From positions 32,116,001 through 32,180,000 of the forward strand of contig OZ116700.1 in the NCBI GenBank assembly GCA_964199315.1: DNA of 64,000 nucleotides, written 5' to 3'. Positions 36,401 through 50,200 of the stretch are shown in pieces. This DNA comes from Orbicella franksi. Its lineage: Eukaryota. The notes beneath the pieces are model-generated. The model was not told the origin of the DNA, ran no database searches, and saw only the letters and a list, made by a program, of their open reading frames with translations. A program made the translations under genes and the position numbers. Position 1 is the stretch's first letter. Each line of letters starts with the position of its first letter.

Positions 36401-38776
36401 CGACTGTTTACAATGTCTGTTTCCGGAAGGAAACAAACAAAAAGAAACTGGATAAAATCAAGGGGAGTCAGTCTTGAGGGAAGACTCGAATAAAGATGAA
36501 ACAGTTGCCAATTGTGTCTTTAATAATGGCTTTTTGTATTGACTTTATTAGCATAATTGGGTCCATGATTGATACCTGACTCGGCCAGTAGCCGACTGGG
36601 TCCTTACTTCTGGAGCTGTGCTCGTGGGCTTATAGAATCTAGGACTTGGACTTGGGCAATGAAATCCGGTACGTGCACATTATATGCCTTTTCACTGTCG
36701 TCTGTTCTCGGTTGATGTGGATGAGGGCTGGAGAGGGAGGGGATTAGATGGACAGAGGGGACACGGCGGGGGGGGGGGGGAGTGTGATAGGGCGGAGCGT
36801 CATGAAAGAATTATTGTTCCTTCTGGAAACTAATTACTGATATTGCTGCATTGTCTTACAACATTATAAGGACCATGGCTCAACTCTCTGAAACGGGTGA
36901 GTTACGTTCTGACTCTTTGCTCCTAACTTCAACCTTGGCAGTAAATCCCAGTAAATGTGTCGTACATTATTTTATATAATTATAATTTTCTTTCCCTAAA
37001 GTTTCGTGTGGGACAAGAAGTCCTGTTGCAGTAAATTACATCCTTCAGAGTCTTCAGCCACTTCCAGGCCATAAGGGACATAAGGATCTCGATGAGATCA
37101 AACACAAGATAACGGCACTGTTATGTTTATCTATTGTTGTTCTGGTAACATAACAATGGCTTTTAGAACTTGTCACTGTTATCAGATTGGATTTTTCCTA
37201 TGTATGTATAATTAGTTTTAATCGCTTTCTGTCTGCAGAGGGGTTCAAAGATTTTCTTGAGAGGAACATTCAGCAAAAAGACAAAAAAAAAACGATAACA
37301 AATTAGGTAAAAGAGCACGAGGTGTCATTCTAGAATGCATTTACATGGCTTCATGGCTTTCGTCTGAGAATGTCTGACCTGTCACGCCATTGATAGATCG
37401 ATATTGGCCCTAATGCTATAATTGCAGAATTGATAAAATACCTGATTAAAAAAGAACAAATGGTCTTGAATTTTTTAGCTGTTCGCTCGCAAAATTCATC
37501 CCTTTCTCGCCGGAATTACGTAACATGTTTTATTTTTTCGGATTGGTCGCTCGCGCAAATTTTTCCATTTACGAAACACGAGTTGAAAGGGGGAAACCAT
37601 TCCGTGTGATATTCTTTATATGCGTGTGATATTCTTATGTTCGTGAATAATATTTCTGTCAAGACAGTAATGCAAGTTGCAGTTTAAGATGACTCAATAA
37701 TTTTGGTTTGAAATATGTTTTCCGGCCTGTATGAATGTCTACATTCTTCTGCTTTTATGTGCCATAAGAGCTCGTCAGAGCGACTTTCAAGGGCTTGGGT
37801 TTTAAAACACCCTTAAAACAAATAGACACAGGTAATAATATAAGCGGCTTATCTAACGCCCTTTTGCACGTTATATCAACAAAGATATTAGAGTAGTTTT
37901 GAAATCTAAAAGCAAAACAAGTAAAGGTCCAATTCACAACAAGAAAGAAACAACTGCAGTCTGTAACGCTAAATTTTCAAAATATTTTTTTTCTGCTCGC
38001 CGTCAAGTTCTCTTTTGAGTTAACCGGAAATGAGTTTTAACCTAGGCAGTGGCGAACTATAAACATTTATCTGGCCCTCAAGGATAAATATGCAGATTTC
38101 ACATATGACACGTTGTGAACAGGTTGTGGAAGATCACAGGAAAGATTACTTTTCGTGTGGAGGCAGTGTGCCAACATTTGTCAATTTGATGATGAAAAGG
38201 AATAAAACCCCGTAAATTTTATCTCCGTGTGACTTCCTATGTGTCACACAAAGCCAGTGAAAAGCGTTCCGCTCACTTCCGGTTGGCTCGGTTACCGAAT
38301 AACGGACCAATCAAACAGAATATCTCCGTGTGAATTACCCTCCCAAACGTGCAAACAAAAGGTTTTTAAACCAATCACGCTAACTTGGCACATATTCCAT
38401 TGACAGGCGACAATATTCACTCGTGTTTCTTTTACAAAACAATCACAAGCTTTGGCGCGCATAGAAATTTTCCCACTTACACCAAAAGCTTTTATTTGGA
38501 TAAGTACTGTAAAGGTGTAGTGTTTGACATAAAAGATTTTCGCTGTAAGGGATTCACAAAGTGACGGCCAAAGAAGCAAGGTAAAATGTATTTTAAAAGT
38601 TAGAGTTGTTCATAGCGTCAGAATGTCTAGAAAACTGACTTTGGCTAATCAGGCACGCGCGTTCTCCAATTCACTTGTGATTCGATCATGCCTAGCGGGT
38701 CATGTCCATATGAAACGCCTCTCTTTATCTTTTCGCAGATAAAGGGAATCACTTCACGGAAATGTGCTTTTAAGAC

Positions 38777-41700
38777 ATGGAGGGACTTGGCGCAGGAGCG
38801 GGCAAAGACAAGTTTTTGGGTAAATCTACTAATGATGATGATAATGTTACATGGAAGCGTGACATTGCCAGAATAGATCTATCAGCGACGAATGAAGATT
38901 GTATTACAGAAGAGCTGTGTGACTTGCAAATTGAAGTAACCTCAAGAAATAGTGAAACTTCTGATACCAGTGAAAGCCGTGATGCCTGTGACAAATTGCT
39001 CGATGACCGGAAATGCACATGCAACGACGATACAGCTTTTCTCACGACGCCGGCCAGCGACTTGAGAAAAGCCGGTTGTGTTACGATCGGCGAAGACGAG
39101 TGCCGTATTTGTCAAAGCAGTGGGGAAGAAGTCTTGATCAGTCCCTGTAAATGCGCCGGATCTACGAAGTGGGTCCACGAAAGTTGTCTTGTGAAATGGT
39201 TCCAAGTTTCGCAGACGTCCTCGTGCGAGCTTTGTTCTCGTTATGTCGCTATAAAGAAGCGCACAAAGCCGCTACAGCAGGTAAGCAAATGACAATTTTA
39301 TTCACATCGAGGCAGTTATATATTTTTGTACTTCATAAGGCACATGGTTTCTTTGTTTGCAAAAATAACACTGTTTTAAGCATTATTTATTAATTGCAAT
39401 GTTTTGTTTATATTCGTACGCCCCAGTGATTTTAGTTCATACTAAAAATACCGATTAGCCACTACTAAAATATCGTCAAATTTGAGGCTAATTTGGCACG
39501 TAGAATACTGGGTTTCCAGTTACTATCAATGTCAGTTTTGTCTTTTTAACCACAAAACCACCCACTGGTATTAATTTTTACTGTAACAACGCGATTTTTT
39601 ATTTCTGTCGCATCAAATCGCTAGAAGATCAATGTTATGTCCACACAAATATCAAAGAAACACACGTTGTATTCAGTGCAACGTGGTGGAATCAAGTGTT
39701 ACCAGATAGATTCTTGCGGTTTGAGTAATTACATTCAACCTGCACTTTATATACATAAATCTGCGACGAATATATTACAGGTGGGTAATTATAAACAGTG
39801 ATAGAAATATCTGACGCCGTGAAGCTGCAGGGAAATTGAAAATTAATTCTGAAACTTGACAAACAGGCGCTTTCATTGCGGCGAGGGAAAAACATTTTTG
39901 TATTGAAATTATTTGTTGATACATGACACGGCAATTTTCTATTTGAGTTCTATTTCAAGTCGAAATGTCGCCAAATAAAAGTTGAAATAATAATTAAAAG
40001 TTGAAATTTCGCCAAACAATGATAAAAAAGTCATCACATGGCTTGTTGGCATTTCGCTAAAAGTGTTGAAAAGCACTTTAATTCGAAGTGTAGCTCCACC
40101 ATCAACTTGAAAGTGAAATATGATGGTCATAAAAAAACGAGAAACAATAAAACCCACTAGACAACAGTTATTGTCATTTATCAACACTTGTCAAAATTTT
40201 GCAATTATCTGGGACCTCGCTCCGTGCAATTCTAAAGCCGAGCACTTTATTTGCATTAAGCCAATTATTTTTATCCTCTTGTCTAAAAATAAATGTTAAA
40301 ATATTAAGCTCCAATTTTTGCCAAAGACGCTTGCAATTTGAATACCATGTATTTCTTAGTTTTTTTTTTTTTTGAATTTCTTCAGATCGGAGTTTGCGAT
40401 TGCCTTGAATTGTAAACTTATTATCAAGTTTTTTGTAATTATTATTTCCTAACACATTTTTGCCTATTTAACCTGCATGCGACCTATTGTGAGCAATTAT
40501 TGCGAAATTGTTCTCCAGCGTTTGTTAGATCTTTTCAGTTTTTTTTTCTCATACGAATTAACTCGTTCGACAAAATTCGTAAAGCCACTTTCTACTTCAG
40601 TTTTAAGTCTTCGCAAACAATATTCAATATTTTTATTATTTCTTTAATATTATACAACTCCAGGAATATAATTATTCAGTCGAAACAGTGGTCATTCGGC
40701 AGACGGTACATTCCGCGAGACAACGGTCTGCCACGCGACAACCACTGGCTTTTTACAAGCCGCCATTTGCCTCAACTTGCAAAAATGAGTTTCAGTAACT
40801 GAAAATGAACGACCAGGTAAAACATCTTCTTACACAAATGTTTTCGCACGAAGACTCGTCTTCACACAGGTTAACTAAGGCAATTCGTAAATGGTGAATT
40901 TCACCATGAAATTTCTGAAAATCTGTGTGTAAATGAAAGAACAGCGAATTTCAAGGTTAGCAGCCCTCTGTAAATAAAAGTATATTGGTGTGACATGACC
41001 AAAGAAAATAAATATTGTCTTGTCTCGGCTAACATCGGTAGAGTGCTTTATTGTGAGTTGTTCTAGTGAGCTAAATACGTTATATAATACGCTTTATTGC
41101 GTAAATTTAACAATTGTAATTTGGTCGGCAGTGTTACTAAGAGACGTCAAGCTCCATAGACACTGAAATCACGTGCTGCTTAAACTTGACAAATGCCTTA
41201 ATTTTCTTCATATTGGTGTCACTCCACCGAGCCCGATTGCTCGTGTGTTTGAGGTATTCGTGAAGCTCTGGAACTGAATTAAAATTAGGGGAGTTGAGAC
41301 TCGAATCCTCAGGACTCTTTTGGAGTTTCCTATTTCGCATCAAATGGAATTATGATAGCCCCTTTTCACAATCAACAGTTTCTCATTTGCATCACAGTAT
41401 ATCCAACATGTATGTGACGCATTTTGGGGCAATTTTGTGGTTTCTGACTAAATTGCTTCGCATACACATGGGATTAGATTGTGATGTAGATAAGAAAAGT
41501 TAACCGTGTCTGAAAAGGGGCATTGTAACAGAGGTCAGACATAGCTTTTGATGAGTTGTTACGGTCTCCTAGTTTTGATTGAAAATTAGGGGCGCTTTTA
41601 TCATTTGATCTGCCGCTCGCACTTCGATCACTAGACCAGTTCCCGANNNNNNNNNNNNNNNNNNNNNNNNNNNNNNNNNNNNNNNNNNNNNNNNNNNNNN

Positions 41701-43245
41701 NNNNNNNNNNNNNNNNNNNNNNNNNNNNNNNNNNNNNNNNNNNNNNNNNNNNNNNNNNNNNNNNNNNNNNNNNNNNNNNNNNNNNNNNNNNNNNNNNNNN
41801 NNNNNNNNNNNNNNNNNNNNNNNNNNNNNNNNNNNNNNNNNNNNNNNNNNNNNNNNNNNNNNNNNNNNNNNNNNNNNNNNNNNNNNNNNNNNNNNNNNNN
41901 NNNNNNNTCAACCCCGGGGTAACTCCTATATAAAAAAGACGGGGTTGCTCGTCAGAAATTTTGAAAAGAATTCCTAAGAGTTACCATGGCCAAGATCCGA
42001 TTTTGTGGGCGTGGCTTGAAATTTTTTTCTCCCCTAAGAGGTACCAATTCTTACAGAACACATTATCTCCTGTCATATTTTTTCGGCTCAATATACTAAA
42101 ACGTGCCGCAAAAGCTCCTGCTGTGGACCTTTTCAGGCTAAACACCCAAAGACATGCCAAAACAGCGTTTTTAACCCTTAACAGGTATTACGAGCATCTC
42201 CGTTATTTTTATGTGGGAGTCCCCCGGGGGTTGAACCACTATATAGAGCGAGAAATTTAGCGCCGGGGTAACTTTGCTATTCCAGAGCTTGCGATCAGCT
42301 GTGTACTAAATCAAGGCAAATCCTGTAAAATGTTTTATCAGTCTCAATTTGATTGAAAGTGAAAATTACTTTTGCTTAAAAATATTCAAAATCGTTGGCT
42401 TTGGACCGCAATCCTTTAGAGTGTCCACTTAAACAATAGGCTTTTTCCCGAGTTACCTTGTGCCTCTGTTTTAAAACGAGTTTTTGTGAATAACCTTTCA
42501 TATGAAAATGAGACTGATTGGAAAGTGAACCTGTCGGCGGAACACATTTTCATGTGAATTGTTTCGCACGAAGTCTTGTTTTGACACAGAGACATAAGGT
42601 AACTCAGAAGTGGGCTATTAAACTTCTTGCCCCTGTTTTCTATGAGCGACTTTTCAACTCCACTGTGTCCATTTCCGTTCCCAGGGCAAACTGTAATGGC
42701 AAGCGCTGGGAACGATATTTGACTGCGTCTTGTTGACTATTTGCTCATGGCAAACTCGGTCAAACTCGGTTTTGCAGTCTGGACATAAGTACATGAACCG
42801 GTACATGATTGGGTTGGTATTTAAGGAGGCATATTAAAGAGGTACCCTGACGTTTGTTGGGTAGGAACAGGAAACCTGAATTGCTGAAAATGTCTTATTT
42901 GTTTTTTTTCTTGTTTTATAGTGGCGTTTACCGAGCGGGGGTCTGGGTCCCTGCAGTCGAGTGGACCTGTGGTACCTGTTCGTGACAGTATTTAGTATTT
43001 GCACCATTTTTGCGTTTTGCATCTTTCAACTGCTTGTCAAGTCCAAGGAGCCTGAAACGACAGCTGTATTTGCCGCCATTTACTCTCTCTGTGGAGTGAT
43101 GATCCTCCTGAGAATGCATTACTTTTACATCTGGTTTACCAGACGAAGCGCATTTTGGAAAAAGTGGAAAATACTTAACCGAGTTTGGACAGTTGTCTCC
43201 CCTGGGGCAGTGTTAAAAGTGGACAAAGTAGCAACAATAGTTTAA
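38777..43245 (+). CDS. Membrane-associated RING-CH (MARCH-type) E3 ubiquitin ligase, about 275 aa, two TM helices
   Basis: Exon 38777-39280 holds the C4HC3 RING-CH (CRIC...PCKC...HESC...CELC), donor GTAAGC. Exon 42922-43245 (phase 0) has two hydrophobic helices and ends ATIV*. The intron spans the assembly gap. Confidence 0.9.
41647..41907. other. Assembly gap (261 N)
   Basis: Run of N. Confidence 0.99.
41912..42230. mobile_element. MITE with C/G-rich TIRs
   Basis: About 30-bp imperfect TIR CCCCGGGGTAACTCCTATATAAAAAAGACGG / CCGTTATTTTTATGTGGGAGTCCCCCGGGGG. A second copy lies at about 31787-32703. Confidence 0.8.
42435..42619. mobile_element. Palindromic MITE (AATAGG...GCTATT); a more decayed relative lies at about 40745-40900
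   Basis: Imperfect long TIR: GAGTTACCTTGTGCCTCTGTTTTAAAACGAG versus CTTGTTTTGACACAGAGACATAAGGTAACTC. Confidence 0.75.
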
Positions 43246-43403
43246 AGACAGTTACTTTCTCAATAGAGTACTTTTTCAATTGCAGTTGTAGATATAGCGT
43301 TTTAAAGCAATTACACCTCAAAGCAAACACTATTTGCATGCGGGAAAGTTTGTATTGAAAATCAATCGCAAAAAAATGTATACTTCCTGATTTTAGGTAG
43401 CTA

Positions 43404-43869
43404 CAGTAGAACCTCCGGTTGTGACCGCCTCTCCTCCGCGACCAGTTTTCTAAAATACCAAAAGTTTCCAAGTCAAATCACTATATTTGGACCCTGTTGT
43501 AAGCGACCACCTCTCCTAAGCGATCGCGACTACTTTCAGAGCTAAAAATTTGAAATGTTCTTTTGATTTTAACCTCTCACAAGCGACCACTTTACAAATA
43601 ATAGAGCTGAAATTGGATAATAAGGTGATATAACATTATCGGATTCCTGGAGACGGAAATTTCTCAATGGGAAGTACCGGATTTTTTCTCGAAATTTACT
43701 TTTCACATGAATAAAACATTAAAACACGGGGCAAGTCTCTGCAGTTACCATATGCTAATGCGGCAAAATTTTGACCCATTATGGTCTAAGCTCTCGTAAG
43801 CGACCATCTCCCGTAAGTGACCACCCTAGGCTTGACATTTTGGGTGGCCGCTTACGGGAGGTTCGAATG
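43404..43869. mobile_element. Tc1/mariner (pogo/Tigger-like) MITE with TA TSD
   Basis: TA-CAGTAGAACCTCC ... GGAGGTTCGAATG-TA, with repeated internal TAAGCGACCA motifs near both ends. Confidence 0.8.
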
Positions 43870-44550
43870 TATTCTAAAATTGCTTTAAGTGAACCGTTTT
43901 GGTTATTAACTTTCTTTTATAATCTGAGTTTTCGTACTCAAAATCAACTAGAGGCAATAAGAAACGTTTAAAAGAAACCTACTTCTTTCTTTGGGCTTTT
44001 ACCCAGGAAAACAAAATTTATCGTAGTAGTGAAACCATGGTTAAAAATTTAAAAACGTACAGCAAGTTAATGTTATATTGAAATGTTTCATATGTGATAC
44101 ATAATGTGGTTCAATCCGTAAAATACACACAAAAGTTAAAGTTTAGGTTCTCTTTCTACTAGTCAAAGCTCAAATCCATGATAAACATTGGAGTCGCGCT
44201 AGCTTCAGTTTAATAGTTATGTTCATTGTTGTAGAGGTGCATTATATTTCGTGCCTATACATTCAACATATACCATCATGCATATTGTGAGATTTAAAGT
44301 TGTAAAGCCAGTAATTATAAACCCAACACGCTTTTACTTGCAAAGAAATGGTAACAAAGCTTCGAAATTACTTACAATGAAAAGAAAATAGTTTTAAGTT
44401 ACCAAGTAGCTGGGGATAATATTTTATAAGAAATGGCAACATGTCGCGCTTTTGCCGATGAGAAATAAAGTCTTGTTAGTTTTGGTAAATCTGCAAGCTA
44501 TGACTTTTGACTAGCTTTTGTAAATTTCTTGTTGACCTCAAAACTTTCAA

Positions 44551-44845
44551 ATTCAAATCTGGAATTTTCAATATTTGGCAGGCCAAATCTTGAATTTCCA
44601 AATCTTAACTATTCAATATTTGGCATACCAAATCGTAACTTTCCAAATCTTGAATATTCAATATTTGGCAGGCCAAATTTTGAATCTCCAAATCTCGAAT
44701 TTTCAATATTTGGCGGGCCAAATCTTGAATTTTCAGTATTTGGCAGGCCAAATCTTGAATATTCAATATTTGGCGGGCCAAATCTTGAATTTCCATATTT
44801 GGCAGGCCTAATCTTGAATTTTTCAGTCTTGAATTTCCAATTCGA
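44551..44845. repeat. Tandem array of near-palindromic 30-bp units interleaved with 15-bp half units
   Basis: Unit CCAAATCTTGAATATTCAATATTTGGCAGG, half unit CCAAATCTTGAATTT. It explains the repetitive ORFs in all frames here. Confidence 0.92.
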
Positions 44846-46396
44846 GTGTGGTTAATGGTTCCTCTAACACCATGGGTCTCGCAAAATTTTTAGTTTGCCT
44901 TATCATGCCCGTAAAAAAAACCTTCTCTCGCCTTCACGTAAAGCCTTGCATTTAACATTTACCACCCCTAAAATGCAAGGAGAGCGTCATTGCAGCCTAG
45001 TGACTCATCGGGCCAGCGGTCATCTCCGGTTTAAGCAGTATCAGACGACTCTGAATGTTTCTACGCACCTCCCTCCCCTCCCCTCCCTTCTTTTCTCCTG
45101 CGCCGGGACCTGCACGCTGAAACGTGCTGGTAGTCATACATCTTCGTTCTCATTTAAGATGGAATGATGGGAAAAAAACGTGCAACAAACAAGCAAAAAG
45201 AGTTTAATGAGTACTTGCAAAACTAAGTGGGCTTCTGTACATGTCCCAATTTACATACACTTAAGCTTGGATTTTTGTAACCGAATGTAGGTTCTATCAC
45301 TTAAAACAAGTCACTAAACCAGACTCTAGCCATTCAGGCGTTTTATGTTTGTACCAAGAGCCCATTGGTTTGTACATAATACTGAAGAACCACTGCTACC
45401 TAATTAACTACACCCATTCGCTTTATTTCAAGGACCAACTTTAAAAATCTCTGTAATACTGCAATGGGACGCTCAAGACCATAATAATTAATTCAAAATT
45501 AAATTAAACTTGATTTGTTGTTGATATGGCCAGCCTACTGGTTGAGGTGAAGAGGGATAAACAAGAGCCCATGTCTCTTGGGATTGGTAAATTTGGCAAC
45601 GCGCTGCAAGTTTCGTCAAAATCCATCGATTGGCAAATAATTTTAGAATCCTCAAATCTTTTGTTCAAAAAGACCTTTCTCCCGTGCAGTGCGATGCTTG
45701 AGCATAAGAAATCCAGGATCCCCAGCAGTCACATCATGAGTTTGGGTACCCTGTGAGTTTACCATATATTTCACGTCACTTTATCCCGTCAAATGGTTTC
45801 AAGATAATGTTGCGAAAACTTGCTTGAACACAAATAAGATCATACAGGCATCTATTTCGGTCACGAACAACTAAAATCTCGAGAAAGACTGGACTGCATG
45901 CACGTACAGAGCTAAATCAGTCTTCCTAGACGCAAAGCAAAGCAGCTCTCTATGACTTTGTACGTTCAAAAGTTCCAGGTATTTCTGCGATATCTTAGGC
46001 TTCCAGATAACGAAGCGTCTGCAAATAAAACAAAAAAAAGATAAAAATCAAATCAAAATAACCAAAACCAAACCTGGTTTCAGGCGTTTTCCCTGAGCTA
46101 TTTTGCAATCGTATTTGAGCCGCGTGACATGACAAGACTGAAGCATTATTTTCAAACGCGCCTCTAGACAATAGGTCACATTTGTATTCTCGGGATTGGA
46201 CTGGAACTAGCTTGCAAATGAGGCTAATGCGGAGAGTCTTTTCAAATGCAAATGAGATAAATTTCTCTTTAATAATATTCCCCTGCATTGCCCTCCGTTG
46301 CAAGCAAATTCCAGACCAACATCGGGTACACGAATTTGGCCTGTTAAGCGAAACATCTCCAAATAGACATACCTAAGCTTGGTTGGAGAGCGGAAC

Positions 46397-46634
46397 AGAC
46401 CATTTTACAGTTTTCTGCTCGGTGACCTGGTCTTTGAATGGCAGCGAGACTGGAGGTGACCTTGCTTTGATACAGACCTCTCGGCTACTTTTGTCACGTA
46501 AATGCACCTAGTTAGAATTAGAACAACTTGATTTACACAACAAAAGCAGTAAGGTCTATATCAAAACAAGGTCACCTCCAGCCTCGCTGCGATTGAAAGG
46601 CCAGGTCACTGAGCAGACAACTGTAAAATGGTCT
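46397..46634. mobile_element. Foldback MITE with about 80-bp TIRs
   Basis: AGACCATTTTACAGTTTTCTGCTCGGTGACCTGG...GATACAGACCT pairs with AGGTCTATATC...CCAGGTCACTGAGCAGACAACTGTAAAATGGTCT. Confidence 0.88.
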
Positions 46635-47232
46635 ATTCCAAACTTAATCAACGATTGATAACATTATCTGTCTGTTACTGTTACCAACCCTTTGCTCTAG
46701 CGGAAAAACTTTGTAGGACCACGCATCTCTCTACAACATGTAATTTCATTCGCTCCCTTTTAAGAGCTAGGTTCATCACTAATTTCCTGTTGTTTGTTAC
46801 TTGTTTTTTCAGCCAACCCTGTAAGCCTGCTGAGATGGGCGTGGCCAGCAGCCTAACTCTTTCCTTACGCCCTCTGGTCGAGCGGGGACTCTCACACAAA
46901 TCTAGAGGAAAATGAATCTTTTGTTACCAGCGATAAAGTTGTCTAATTCGTTGGTAAAGCGGCCGTTTTAAACTATTTACATTTCTCTGCGCGCGATTAT
47001 TCAGTTTCCAAATTTTCTCAGCAGTCCCAGACCCCAGCAACAGCTGGTCGCGTATCTCAAATTCAAAATGTCTACCTCACACACAACGACACCTTCGTGG
47101 CATGCTAACATAGATTTTATTCATTTTCAATCTGAAGTGAGAGTCCCCTGTGTAATTCACAACGTTTTCCGCCACAATCGAGAGTTTTTCGTCGTAATTG
47201 AGTTTGTTAAATTTGTGTTTACTAAATGGTGA

Positions 47233-50200
47233 TTACACTGTAGCTAAGCTCAGACCTATTTTTCCCTGCGGCATAGTGCTAACCGTTGATGTTTTTCGTG
47301 TTTCTGTTTCAAGAAGCAGAAGCGCTTGGTAGGCGAGGGCTTTCAAGTCATCGGGTGAAAACCCGCGAGGACACGGGATCCCACTCATCCAATCCTCCGC
47401 CTTCTTCGCCGCCAGGCTCCACTCTGCCTCGAATTGGCGCCTCTTTCGATATAACCAACTCAGCGCAAGCGCAGTGGCCCACAACTGAGAACTGTTATCG
47501 CACTTATCGGAATCCATCAGCTCTTGAAGGTCGTCCGCGATATAAACGGAGTTGTCGGCCAGCGGGGACGCTTCTTGAATACCATTCAGCGATAGCCCCA
47601 GGACTTCCGCGAAGGCGTAATCTATGTTCCAGCTTCCCTGAGCAGACTGCAAACTGATCATGCGCACAAACGACAAATGCTGTTTGGTCCCAGGACTCCA
47701 GTAGGTATCAAGACTGGAGGAGGAGAGGAGTTTGGGTTTGATTTTCGAGGGGGTTTGCTGCCTCTCACCTAAGACGCATCTCGTGGAGAAAGGAGGAACA
47801 TGTTTTCGTGGACTTTTACTGGGAGACGTTTGAGTACCCTCAGTTTCTTTTCTTGATCCACTTTCTTCGTGTTGACTCTCTGGAGTACCTTGGAAAATGA
47901 AAATAACTTGCTTTACGTTAAGTAAACAAGAGTCTTCCGCGCCAAACCAAAACCAATTAAGGGTAATCGGCAAAACGGCCAATCACAACGAATGCAAACA
48001 ATACAATAAACCAAAAACAACAACAACAAAACTCCACGTAAATACACAAAAAACGCGCGTGACCAATTCGCGACAGGTTTTGCTCCATGATTGGCCAAGT
48101 GGGAAGCGTGAGTGTTTTTTTTAGCCAATCACAGAGTTAAGAATAGAAGCGAAAGTACAAGAGATCTCACAAACAAAAATCTTTACCAGTTCGCTCAAGG
48201 CGATAAAAATCCACTGGCTCTTCTCCAGCCTCCAGAATAGGGTTGTTTCCGCCCTCGGCGAAATATGGCGAAATGTCTTGGTCACTGCCATCTGGACTGG
48301 GGAGACGCCGGCCCAGGCCCTCCGTGAAGCCGGAGTTTCGCTCTAGGACTTTCACTTTACGATTCCTTTGAAAAAGCGGATGAAAAGTATAATAAATGTA
48401 TGAAGTAATAAGCTTGAATACGAAAAGCTGTTTTTAACGGCATTCGTCCGTATAATTCGTTCGTTAAGTAACCTCTACAATACAATAAGCTTACTCGCTC
48501 AAAACAAAATTGGATTTTAACTTACCCAAAGCCAGTCAGAGTTTCTGTCTGTGGAAACTGCAAAGCACTTAAAACCTGGTCGTCATAACAATACTGGTCA
48601 CGTGCCACAAGGGCTGTGTGCCTGGAGTGGACGCTAGACAGCTCACTCATCCCTTTTATTATCTCAATAGTTTCTGTACTTGTGGAGTCCACGGAAGACT
48701 GTAGTTCTCTGATCAGTGATCGTGCCAGCAGCTGGTGGATTGTGGGACGCTTCGAAGAACCACCACATCGGTTAACCGGAAATGGAATGACTTGCTCCAT
48801 TTCCTCGTCGCCGACAAATCCCCGGATATTCACCGCGCCAAAGTCGGCAGGCACGCCAAGTTGCGACAGGAACTCGCTGTTCTTGTAAATATGGACGGCA
48901 GTTTTTCTTGTATTGTTGGATTCCTCAAAAGCTGGACTGTCGCTTTCATGTGACCAGTCGTTCGGTTCTTCTTCTTCTTCGTTGAGATGGCGGTCCTTCT
49001 TGGCTTCATCGGGACTCTTGTCATTTTCTTCTATACTGAAACCAACACCACTGTCCCGTTCGTAGGCGCGCACGAGTTTTGGCGACCTTTGGTGTTCATG
49101 GGATTCATCAGCCTTCTTTGAGTCATCATTACACAAATTACTGTCTTTAATGTCATTGGAAACGCCACCTAAGGCATTCTGAAATGCGACGTCGTCTTGT
49201 TTGGGTATGTTTGGCAACTTGGTTTTAGTTGAGTAAAGATCATTGTTATTCTGTTCGTTTACATCTGGGTAAACAGATATCATGTCAGACCGGACATTCT
49301 TCTCACACGACCAGTCGTAACTTAAATCCTCGTTGCGTGACTCGCACGGCTCACCGCTTTCAAGCACAGAGGGAGATGGCGTTATCTCATGGTCACCTTC
49401 ACTAGCCTTATCCTGGCTCAATTCCCTGCACATGCGTTTAAGAAGCCCGTCAGCAATGGCTTCTATTGTATCCGGTTCGGGAACGCTTTCCATCTCGGTA
49501 TCAAAGCTGTCCTGCTCCGGCACTCCCGCTTCGTCTTTGAATTCCTCGTCCTTTTCAAAGTCATCCTCGCTCAAGGGTAGCGATTCCTCCGCTTCTAACA
49601 ACAACTGATCTTCCGCCAGCAGGTCGCACTCGTCCTCAAACCAAAACACTTTGACCGAGCTGTTTGAAAATGACCTCATACTCCAATCCATTTTCCTCTT
49701 GATGGGTGTTCTCGGAGAATCTTTTTCCTCCCCCGGGGGACGGTACAAAATTGCATATATCACCAGCCGCTTGTTGTTCTGAACGAAGGGCAGGAGTTGT
49801 GGCGTCTGGATGACGTCGTATCCTTCGGGGAGGTGCCAGCTGACCTCTAGGTCTGTGATCGCGGGCTGAAGGGCATCTGCGAGTGCTTCCATTACCTGAG
49901 AAAAGAACGCAATGGGAAATATTAGCGCAGTGCCAGATGGCACACAAAAGCCTTTGCTTTAATCCTTTCGAGTATCATACCGGGCTCTACACCACGAATG
50001 ACAAGCTTTCATGATCAGAGACATTGTGAAACTCGAAGCGAAGTGTCTTTTAAAAGAACACAACAGAACCCTGCCCAGGTTTTCGATCTAGACCTCCAAC
50101 TCGCTATGCTTTACACACGCTAAGCTACCGCACAGCCAGGACTGTCAGAAAGTAAGAAATTATGCAGTTACTTACAAGGGACACACCAATCTATTTTATC

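Noticed and set aside
36720-36795. G-rich tract and homopolymer G/C runs (also 17590, 24041, 58241)
   Set aside because: G-quadruplex potential is generic, and homopolymer lengths are unreliable in assemblies.
50050-50140. tRNA-like or SINE-like fragments here and at about 56160-56235
   Set aside because: Only faint A/B-box resemblance and no cloverleaf. At most decayed SINEs, not tRNA genes.
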